Positions 16,269-23,425 of a DNA stretch of 23,425 bases are shown piece by piece. Numbering within the stretch: the first letter of the stretch is position 1; every line of letters starts with the position of its first letter. Origin of the DNA: Candidatus Sigynarchaeum calidifontis (GTDB taxonomy: Archaea; Asgardarchaeota; Lokiarchaeia; Sigyniarchaeales; Sigyniarchaeaceae). The notes below the pieces were generated by a model, which saw nothing but the letters and a program-made list of their open reading frames with translations, did no database searches and had not been told where the DNA came from. The position numbers and the translations under genes were made by a program. The stretch spans positions 1 through 23,425 of the forward strand of contig JAUQYZ020000095.1 of assembly GCA_030587475.2 (NCBI GenBank), given 5' to 3'.

Positions 16269-16517
16269 TTACTTTTCGAGCTCCAATTCTTCTTTTCTTG
16301 CATCATCATATATTTTTTCCATTTCAGCTATTGGCGTGACTCGTGATTCTAATAATTCCTTTTCAGTCATAATGGGGATAATGGTTATGACTCCTTCTAT
16401 CTCCATCACGGCTATTTCCCTTCCTGGTGTGAGATTATGCTTTTTTCTAATCGGTGCGGGAATAGTTATCATTCCTTTACCGTTGATTTTTGTAGTGTAA
16501 TCTTTAATCATGGCCAT
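16269..16517 (-). CDS. AbrB/MazE/SpoVT-family antitoxin (VapB-like)
   Basis: TKINGKGMITIPAPIRKKHNLTPG swapped-hairpin motif, acidic C-terminus, upstream of the PIN gene. Confidence 0.9.
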   Translation of the reverse strand: MAMIKDYTTKINGKGMITIPAPIRKKHNLTPGREIAVMEIEGVITIIPIMTEKELLESRVTPIAEMEKIYDDARKEELELEK

Positions 16518-16520
16518 CCA

Positions 16521-16571
16521 ATTTCAAGAACGGGTATGCATTTATATAATTGACCCCCCGTTTACCGAAAT
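16521..16571 (-). promoter_or_regulatory. TA operon promoter: TATA box flanked by an imperfect inverted repeat
   Basis: ATTATATAAA on - (16541-16550) about 24 nt before ATG 16517. Arms are ATTTCAAGAACGGG and CCCGTTTACCGAAAT. Confidence 0.55.
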
Positions 16572-16765
16572 GGTGGTATTAAGTCATATCATCTTCAGCG
16601 GTCCACTATGTGCGAACTTCCACTACCTTGATAAGAGCAACTCGTCCAGCTCGCGGGGATTCTCGCTGCGGAAGATCTCGGTAATACATCGATCATATCC
16701 GAACTCATATCTTGCACGCCCCTTCATCCATTCAAGCAAAAAAATCATCGAACGCGTGCAAGCTC

Positions 16766-17230
16766 ATGCAAATACCAACCGTCAAGATTTCCCTCGTGGG
16801 TAACGGCCGGGTGGGCAAGTCGACCATCCGTTCCATGCTCGAAGGCACTCCCGCCCCGAACGGGGCGACGATAGGCGTTGATATCGGAAAATTCGTGGAC
16901 GAAGACTTGAAAGCAGCCATATTTGACCTTGGCGGCCAAGCCCGCTTCCAGATGATGTGGGAGCAGTTCATGCGCGGTTCAAAGCTCGTCATGCTGGTTA
17001 CTGACAGCAGCCGGGAGGACGTCGACCGGGCCAAGAAGATCGCCGACAGCCTGCAGCGCGTGAAGGGTGCCAAGATCATCGCTATCGCCAACAAGCAAGA
17101 CGAGGCCAACAAGCTGAACGCTATGCAAGTAGAGAAGATCCTCGGGGTGAAGACGTATCCCATGGTGGCGACCGAGAGCACCCGCCGGAACGCCATGATC
17201 AACATTATCAAGGAGAATTTAGTCGAGTAA
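16766..17230 (+). CDS. Small GTPase, Ras superfamily (Arf/Rab-like, Asgard type)
   Basis: G1 GNGRVGKS, G2 ATIG, G3 DLGGQ (RFQMMW), G4 NKQD and G5-like MVAT. Confidence 0.92.
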   Translation: MQIPTVKISLVGNGRVGKSTIRSMLEGTPAPNGATIGVDIGKFVDEDLKAAIFDLGGQARFQMMWEQFMRGSKLVMLVTDSSREDVDRAKKIADSLQRVKGAKIIAIANKQDEANKLNAMQVEKILGVKTYPMVATESTRRNAMINIIKENLVE

Positions 17231-17263
17231 CCTTCTTTTTCCCGTTTCCTTTTTTCGATTTTT
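17231..17263 (+). terminator. T-rich terminator region after the GTPase
   Basis: Several T5-T6 runs immediately after the stop. Confidence 0.5.
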
Positions 17264-17355
17264 GTTACACTTGATTTCTTCTGTAAAGCGTGAATCGCCC
17301 GAAATCTTGCATGTTTGAGCTATTATTCGGCAATATCGCCTGTCTATCTAGCAAT

Positions 17356-17910
17356 TCACAAGCCAGTGGCAATTTTATGGGCCATGAGCAGACATTCAGG
17401 TAGCCGGGAGCGCACGGCGAATTTTTTGAGGAATTGCGTTGCGAGTTTCACGTCAATGCCCTTGATATAGAAGTAAACATCAGTCTCACCTGCTCGTGGC
17501 TTGAATGCATGCATCTCGCCGGCATTGGCAAGGATCTTGCGGCGCTCTGCTTCGCCCGGCACGTGCTTGATCGCCTCGTAAAGCAGATCGCCCTCGGGTT
17601 TGTTCTCCGTGACGGCGATGACGGGACGGTCGAGGACGCGGTGCACGGCGTCGATGTCGATCATGTTGAGGCCACCCGTCGTTATGCCATGCGTGAGGAT
17701 GATGCGGAACTGCTGGACGATGGGTGAAAGGGTCTTTATGACGACACCCGTCGCGTCGAGTCCGTCGACCTCGATCTCCGCGCTGAGCACCTTATCGAGC
17801 CACGTGCCCTGGCACAGCACGAAGGCGAGCTTGGTCGTCTTGTCGCCGCGCTGGTGCAACTTGTCGTCGATGGCGAGCACTTGCAAGCCGCCCTTGATGT
17901 CTTTTATCAC
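17356..17910 (-). CDS. DUF99 (UPF0215) family protein, endonuclease V-like fold
   Basis: VLAIDD, IEVDGLDAT, GITTGGLNMID, RPVIAV and SRLPECLLMAHKIA motifs. GTG start. Confidence 0.88.
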   Translation of the reverse strand: MIKDIKGGLQVLAIDDKLHQRGDKTTKLAFVLCQGTWLDKVLSAEIEVDGLDATGVVIKTLSPIVQQFRIILTHGITTGGLNMIDIDAVHRVLDRPVIAVTENKPEGDLLYEAIKHVPGEAERRKILANAGEMHAFKPRAGETDVYFYIKGIDVKLATQFLKKFAVRSRLPECLLMAHKIATGL

Positions 17911-18045
17911 GATGCAACCGTGGTAGCAGCGGAATAAAATCGTTTTGTGTCGGCGATGGACGATCCAGGGATATCGATGGACGATCAGTTGGTTGGATTG
18001 CGGATCCCGCCATTGCTCGCACGACGGATGACAAATAACAAAAAA
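17911..18045. repeat. Direct repeat copy 2; contains the likely DUF99 promoter
   Basis: Begins right at the DUF99 start codon. On - strand AAAACGATTTTATT lies about 22 nt upstream of GTG (BRE/TATA-like). Confidence 0.92.
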
Positions 18046-18130
18046 TCGAATTGGATGTATAGAGTCGGGTTATCCTCTACTATCCTTCAAACGTATTGAT
18101 TAGTGTAAAGAACGAACTTGCAGATCGACT

Positions 18131-18857
18131 TTGTCAAAGAGTAATTACCAGCTGCTCAGGGCAATCCTAGACCGTGAGGTGCCCGAACGCGTGCCAAGCT
18201 TCCACCTGGGATACGCGAGCCGGGTGCTCGAGCGGGCGCTCCTCGAATACAAGGAACCGGGCGACGCGGCGAACCGGCCGTTCTCGGATCGCTTCATTCG
18301 CCCTGTGGAAGCGGAAGAACCCGGCATTCATCGACCGGGTCGCCAAGTGGATGTTCAGGGTCCTGCAAGATTGCGTGTACGTTCCATTACTCGAGGCAAG
18401 GGTTCAGCTCGTGTACTGGGGCGAGGATCTCGGCCAGAAAGATAGGTTACTCGTGTCTCCAACCGACTACCAGCGGTTCTTCGCGAGGTACCTGGCCGAG
18501 CTGGCAAGGCTTGTACACGCGCACGATGCCCGGCTGGTCATGCATTCGGACGGGAACGTGTCGGAGATCGTGCCAGTGCTCGTCGAGTGCGGCATCGACG
18601 GGTTACAGGCCCTGGAGCCCGCGAGCGGCATGAACCTCGGCGAGATGGCGCGAAAGCACGGCGACAAGCTCGCGTTCCTCGGCGCGCTCGACCAACGAGT
18701 CTTGTGTTGGGGATCGGTCGATGATACGATCCAAATGGTCAAGAACGCGATCAAGGAAGGCGCACGGGCGGGAGGGAAATTCGCACTCGGCCCGTCGCAC
18801 CAGCCCATCGGTGCCAAGGCCGAGAACATGTTCGCGATGATGGAAGCTAGCGGCTAG
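18131..18857 (+). pseudogene. Uroporphyrinogen decarboxylase/MtaA-family (UroD-like) gene with internal deletion and frameshift
   Basis: N-terminal LRAILDREVPERVP is in one frame. The C-terminal half (WGEDLG, LLVSP, MHSDGN, DGLQALEP, LGALD, LGPSH) is in another. The combined ~240 aa is short for the family. Confidence 0.7.
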
Positions 18858-18953
18858 GTAGTAGTGGGATGATTGTTTCAACTCGTAGTAGAACATAAAA
18901 ATGCATTTTTCAGGAGAAAGTAAACATGACCTATATAGGTGTTTTTTCACCAG

Positions 18954-19148
18954 TCAGGTGAGCACTTCCTCGATCTTCGTGATGATCTTGGCCTTGCCGC
19001 CGCGGGGGATCGTGAGCTGCTTGCCGCAAGCGCGGCATTTCACGACCGTGCTGGCGCAACCGAAGATGATCTGGCTTGAATTGCATTCCGTGCAAGAAAC
19101 TTTTAAAAACCGGCTTTTAGGGGATGGAAGAACGTCTTTATCTTTCAT
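18954..19148 (-). CDS. rps27e: 30S ribosomal protein S27e
   Basis: PKSRFLKVSCTEC...IIF..AST.VKCRACG..L..PRGGKA. Confidence 0.97.
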   Translation of the reverse strand: MKDKDVLPSPKSRFLKVSCTECNSSQIIFGCASTVVKCRACGKQLTIPRGGKAKIITKIEEVLT

Positions 19149-19152
19149 GTTG

Positions 19153-19428
19153 TTACACCAATTCGAATTTTTTCAAGCGCTGGGCTGCCTTATAGGACTT
19201 TTTCCCGCATTCCTTGCACGTGATGATGGGCATGCTGCGCTTGTTGACCTTGGCGTTCTTGTGGAAGATGGGCTTCGGTTGGGAGCCATAGCCTCGCAGT
19301 TTGCGGTCATACCGGCGCCTGCCTTGAGCGAGCGTGCGCTCCTTGCCCTTCTTGTACAAGGCAACGTTGTGATCGGTCGTCTTGTTGCACTTGTGGCAAA
19401 ACCACTTCACGACCCGTGGGTGCTTCAT
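19153..19428 (-). CDS. rpl44e: 50S ribosomal protein L44e (eL42)
   Basis: FCHKCNK.T.H.V..YKKGK, G.RRY.RK..GYGSQPKP and CKECGK. Confidence 0.97.
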   Translation of the reverse strand: MKHPRVVKWFCHKCNKTTDHNVALYKKGKERTLAQGRRRYDRKLRGYGSQPKPIFHKNAKVNKRSMPIITCKECGKKSYKAAQRLKKFELV

Positions 19429-19626
19429 ACAAAAGACCTACCAGTGGAATGAGGTGAAAAGTCGCCCGTGGGTATTATAACTTGTCGACAGAACGTGGAG
19501 CAACCAGCTAGGAATAACATTGTGGGCAATTAGGCATTTTCGAGTCGATAGATTGCATTCTACGGTGTTATCATTATAAGCATTCATTTTCGTTTCGATC
19601 CCTGGTAGATTCATCATGCTCAACAA

Positions 19627-19834
19627 ATGGTTCAGATCATGCTTGTAGGCATTGGGAATCGGTTTTGTATCCTTGGGAATGATGATGATAATTATAATCA
19701 ACTATTTGAATTCCATATCCCCATCGGAAGCTTTCGGTGTCTGGATGTGGTTTGCAGCGGTATTGACTTTTGCCGGGTTCTCGCTTATCATTATCACCAT
19801 CACCTTGTTTATGAGGAACAAACCCTCGCCATAA
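19627..19834 (+). CDS. Small two-TM membrane protein (possible +1 frameshift near 19654)
   Basis: Frame 19652-19834 gives two hydrophobic helices. MVQIMLVGIG from ATG 19627 joins it if one G is removed from TTGGGAATC. Confidence 0.45.
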
Positions 19835-20189
19835 AGCACCAAATCGTGGTTCGGCTTGTCTTCATGAATCTGTTAAACTAATAATGTGTAGCTCGTTCTC
19901 TTTCATCATTTCACCCAAAGAAATGACATTTACACGGGCTTTCTTGGCAAGTACAAGGACGAGGATACACGAATGGCAAAGGCTGGTTTTGCAATGGGCT
20001 TTGCGGCGATCGCCAATAGTGGCTTTCTTGTCTACATGGTAATCGTTACCTGTTGATTCTTGAATCAAGATTCAATCAATTATTGGCAGGATCACTCGTG
20101 GTGTAAAGGAATTATCAAGACACTTTCGTAATGGCTTGTCCGTGCCTCTGTTTAATACTGACGCCGGCGAACATGGTATGTGTGATCCC

Positions 20190-21326
20190 ATGACAAAAAT
20201 CTATAAAGGCGCGGTCATCGGCGTCGGTGGCCGGGGCAGCGGCTGGGCCGAAGACCTGCATAAGCACAAGGAAATCGCATTGAAAGCAGTTTGTGACATC
20301 AACGAGAAGACGGCAAAGCAAGTCGCGGCTGCGAATGGTAATTGCAGCGTTTACACGGATGCAAGCCAATTGATCGAGAAGGAACAGCTGGACTTCGTTG
20401 TCATCGCCACTCCCCACTACCTGCACGCGCCGTTCACGATAATGGCGGCGGAGCACGACGTGAACGTGCTCTGCGAGAAACCCATGGCCATCAACCTGCA
20501 GCAAGCCGACCAGATGATCATCGCCGCGCGCAAGAACGCGATCAAGCTCGGCATCGGGTTCCAGTTCCGGTTCAAGCCGGTTTTCAAGTACCTCTACGAC
20601 GCGGCCCGCGGCGCAAAGGGCGAGCTCGGCGACCTCGGTCGCATCACGGATTTCTCCATGACGGCACGCCACTACCGGTCGGGCATGTACTACCTCACGT
20701 CGAGCCCCGTCGACCCGCGAACCGGCGTTTCCCCGGGGCCGTGGCGCGGCCGCTGGGAGACCGAGGGCGGCGGGATCCTGATCAACCAGGCCGTGCACGA
20801 CATCGACATCTTCCAATGGATCGTCGGGCCGATCAAGTGCCTCTCGGCGCACGTGGCGACGATCGCCAGGGAGCACGGGCTCATCGAGGTCGAGGACACG
20901 GTCTCCGCGAGCTTCACGACGCAATCGGGGGCGGTCGGCACGCTCGTCGTCTCGACCGCGAACAAGAAGGCCCCCGGCGACACGATCACGGTTCACGGGG
21001 AAAAAGGTTACGTCTCCGCGACAGGCTCCTACGGGAACGCCGTCCTCGCCGACACGCGCTACAAAAGCGAGGAGGACTGGGAGGTGCCGTTCACGGTCGA
21101 TCCCCGGTATAACTTGCTCGATGATTTTCTGGACGCCATGACCGAGGACCGCGACCCCATGACGCCGGGCGAGGAGGGACGCAAGTCGGTCGAGGTTATC
21201 CGGGCGATCCTTAACTCCGCGCAGCAAGAGCGCACGGTCTACTTCCCGGTCAAGGACACGATCACGTACCCGACCCTCCACAACCTCAGCCGCGACACAC
21301 CCATGAAACCGGAGGACATGATGTAA
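20190..21326 (+). CDS. Gfo/Idh/MocA-family oxidoreductase (sugar dehydrogenase-like)
   Basis: VIGVGGRG, IATPH..H, LCEKP, WRGRW..EGGG.LINQAVHDID and VED motifs. Start could be 20178 or 20190. Confidence 0.92.
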   Translation: MTKIYKGAVIGVGGRGSGWAEDLHKHKEIALKAVCDINEKTAKQVAAANGNCSVYTDASQLIEKEQLDFVVIATPHYLHAPFTIMAAEHDVNVLCEKPMAINLQQADQMIIAARKNAIKLGIGFQFRFKPVFKYLYDAARGAKGELGDLGRITDFSMTARHYRSGMYYLTSSPVDPRTGVSPGPWRGRWETEGGGILINQAVHDIDIFQWIVGPIKCLSAHVATIAREHGLIEVEDTVSASFTTQSGAVGTLVVSTANKKAPGDTITVHGEKGYVSATGSYGNAVLADTRYKSEEDWEVPFTVDPRYNLLDDFLDAMTEDRDPMTPGEEGRKSVEVIRAILNSAQQERTVYFPVKDTITYPTLHNLSRDTPMKPEDMM

Positions 21327-21492
21327 AGGAGTATCTTCGTTCTATTCTTCTCATTTTCACGATGCTTGCAGACATGTGCTCTTGATTCCATACTTTCGAA
21401 CATTACACGAGCATTAGATGCCGAAAAGAACGAAATGAAATGGAAAAAAAGCAAAAAACGGCTTCTTTCCTTCGTGAGCGATGTTCGGGTGG

Positions 21493-21780
21493 CTATTTCG
21501 ATGACGCGGTGACGAGCTGTGGCTCCTCCTGCCGCCCTTTCTCCTCGATCACCCCGCGCTCCTTCTTATGCTTGGGTTCCTTAGGCTTGATCTCGCGGTT
21601 AGAATAGTGGTTGGCTGCCCAGAGCCACAAGTTACCCGCGATCGTGATGAAGAAGGCTGGTAGCACCATGTCAAACGAGCCGGGGATGAAGGCGAGCACG
21701 AACATCCAGCCGAAGCCCCCGGCGAACCACGCTATCGTGATGATGTATAAATTTGCGACGATGAATTTCCGAAATGCCAT
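21493..21780 (-). CDS. Small two-TM membrane protein with charged C-tail
   Basis: Two hydrophobic helices. GAGGTG SD-like sequence 5 nt upstream of ATG. A-rich (T on -) terminator region at 21443-21457. Confidence 0.7.
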   Translation of the reverse strand: MAFRKFIVANLYIITIAWFAGGFGWMFVLAFIPGSFDMVLPAFFITIAGNLWLWAANHYSNREIKPKEPKHKKERGVIEEKGRQEEPQLVTASSK

Positions 21781-21928
21781 GGCATCACCTCTAGTCGATT
21801 ACCTCAAATCGGAAACCGGAGCGCTTGCCGTTCGTCGCGGTGGTGTGCTCCTATTCAATCTGTTTGAACAAACCGTGGTATAAAGCTTCCCGTTCTATAT
21901 GGAATGAACAAGATAGAAATTGATACCA

Positions 21929-22753
21929 ATGAAATTCTTCGACCATCACGTCCATAGCGGCCACTCGCGCTGCGTGAAGGTTCCTTACACGCTCGATGCG
22001 GCCACCGAACGCGCACTTGCCAGGGGATATATCGAGGGCTTCGGCTCGACCAACCACGTGCACTTCAACTCGCCAGACCAGTCCCACCTCCCGATCACGC
22101 GCCGCGAGATAGACGAGATAAACGCGAGGTGCGGCAAGCCATTCATACTCCTCGGTGCCGAGGTCGATGTCGACCATCCATCAGGCCGGTTTACCATCAC
22201 GAAACAAACGCTCGGTATTCTCGATTATATCATCGCCGGGCCGCACAACCAACCCCACAAGTCGTTAGCCATGGATGGCATGGGCAAGGAGGAGTATGAA
22301 GAGTACTTCGAGGGCCTCGAGACCATCATCGTCAACTCGCTGTCCAAGAACCCGGTCGACGTCTGGGTGCACCCGTTCTTGCAAGAAATCGAGATCGGTG
22401 GCGAATATTTTGCAGATTACCTGTTTCCCATCCTCGACAACGTCCTGCCCGTCTTGAAGGACAAGGGCATCGCAATGGAGATCAGCTCCACATTTCCCCG
22501 GGACAAGAACGATTCGGTACAGATATTCAAGCCAGGCCCGCGCGTCGATGGCTGGATACAGGTAGCGCGCATGACATCGAAGATCTACAAGGCAGCTCTC
22601 GATTATGGCGGCATCAAGTTTTCGTTCGCGTCGGACGCGCATGACTTGGAAAACGTCGGCGATATTGGCATACCCATCGTCATCGCGAGGTGGCTCGGGA
22701 TTCCAGGTCACCGCATTCTCCACGCAGCCGATCTTTATTCCAAGCATCGGTGA
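21929..22753 (+). CDS. PHP-domain metallo-phosphoesterase (histidinol-phosphatase/YcdX-like)
   Basis: DHHVHS, TNH, GAEVD, GPH, HP and ASDAH motifs. Confidence 0.88.
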   Translation: MKFFDHHVHSGHSRCVKVPYTLDAATERALARGYIEGFGSTNHVHFNSPDQSHLPITRREIDEINARCGKPFILLGAEVDVDHPSGRFTITKQTLGILDYIIAGPHNQPHKSLAMDGMGKEEYEEYFEGLETIIVNSLSKNPVDVWVHPFLQEIEIGGEYFADYLFPILDNVLPVLKDKGIAMEISSTFPRDKNDSVQIFKPGPRVDGWIQVARMTSKIYKAALDYGGIKFSFASDAHDLENVGDIGIPIVIARWLGIPGHRILHAADLYSKHR

Positions 22754-22872
22754 GATGTCGGTATTACGATATTTCTAGGTTCTTTGTTTAGATCGAAAGC
22801 CTTTTTACTTCCCGGATGTGAACCAAATCTTGTCTTGGAGGTACATTCATCCGGATTGGTGTATAAATCGGT

Positions 22873-23391
22873 ATGTCCCAGAACATTTCTCCACGCCAGG
22901 CGATGCAAAATAATCTTGTCCCGCTCGTGTGCGTTTCCATAGTACTCGTCATAACCCTTATCTTTGGGCGAGATATGTGGGTCTATCTTATCGGTGACGT
23001 TGAATATGGATTTTTAGGCTGGATGATATTCCTGGGTTGTATTTTACTTGTATTTATCATAGGATTAATTAGTTATATCAAATCTTACAAGAGATATATC
23101 GCGGAAAAGAATGGTCCGCCAAAACCGGCAAGTCCAGTTCCCACCGCGAGCGCGACCGCCCGAACCGCGCAGCGGGTGCAAAACATTGCAAGGAATCCCC
23201 CGGTGCCTGGGTCAATGACGTCCCCGGTCACCCCGGTTCCCGCGCGGGCTTCCCTCTCCCCCTCTTCACCCCGTGTTATCGAAAAAGAAAAGGTCATCAT
23301 CAAGGAGATCGTCAAGGTTCGTTGCAGCTGGTGCGGTGCGCTCGTGGATCAAGGATTGGCGGAGTGCCCGAATTGTGCGGGGCGTTTATAA
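22873..23391 (+). CDS. Membrane-anchored protein with Pro-rich linker and C-terminal zinc ribbon
   Basis: Two TM helices, P/S/T/A-rich linker, then EKEKVIIKEIVKVRCSWCG...CPNCAG. Confidence 0.8.
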   Translation: MSQNISPRQAMQNNLVPLVCVSIVLVITLIFGRDMWVYLIGDVEYGFLGWMIFLGCILLVFIIGLISYIKSYKRYIAEKNGPPKPASPVPTASATARTAQRVQNIARNPPVPGSMTSPVTPVPARASLSPSSPRVIEKEKVIIKEIVKVRCSWCGALVDQGLAECPNCAGRL

Positions 23392-23425
23392 CCAGTTCTC
23401 ATGAAATGGGGCTTGTTCAGCCATG

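Noticed and set aside
17954-17986. CGATGGACGATC repeated twice as a CRISPR or tandem array
   Set aside because: Only two 12-bp units with a 9-nt gap, and no cas genes.
19862-20068. 68-aa minus-strand ORF, faintly like a PIN or kinase C-terminal remnant (ILVLVLAKKARVNVISLG)
   Set aside because: Resemblance too weak to call; no intact motif set.
20115-21281. 388-aa antisense ORF over the Gfo/Idh/MocA gene
   Set aside because: Mirror frame of a very GC3-rich gene with no independent coding signal.
1-23425. Selenocysteine/pyrrolysine read-through or an alternative genetic code
   Set aside because: All recognisable genes are uninterrupted in the standard code. Broken genes show indels or deletions rather than single in-frame TGA/TAG at conserved sites.

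Overview
Gene-dense archaeal window. Taxonomy is inferred as an Asgard archaeon (Lokiarchaeia/Sigynarchaeum-like, fairly GC-rich), based on csl4, rpoL with an N-terminal extension, rps27e/rpl44e, a small Ras-superfamily GTPase, a 7-TM hypothetical and TATA boxes about 23-25 nt before starts. (1) 1.5-12.6 kb is a carbohydrate/amino-sugar catabolic cluster: cytoplasmic sulfatase, GlmD-like SIS deaminase/isomerase, GPH-family MFS transporter, NagB-like deaminase coupled to an amidohydrolase, Gfo/Idh/MocA oxidoreductase, enolase and a GH36 glycosidase. (2) 12.7-15.3 kb is a conserved archaeal information-processing block: METTL5-like methyltransferase, csl4, a short DUF2067-like ORF, rpoL and an RNase III-like protein. 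(3) 15.3-18.9 kb is a rearranged patch. A 135-bp ungapped direct repeat (hand count 104/135 identical) brackets an AT-rich AbrB/VapC pair, the GTPase and DUF99. A probable MttB-like C-terminal remnant lies on the left and an internally deleted UroD/MtaA-family pseudogene on the right. (4) 18.9-23.4 kb holds rps27e, rpl44e, small membrane proteins, a second Gfo/Idh/MocA, a PHP hydrolase and a membrane-anchored zinc-ribbon protein. No rRNA, intact tRNA, CRISPR array or transposase was seen. All family calls come from motif recognition, not database searches.
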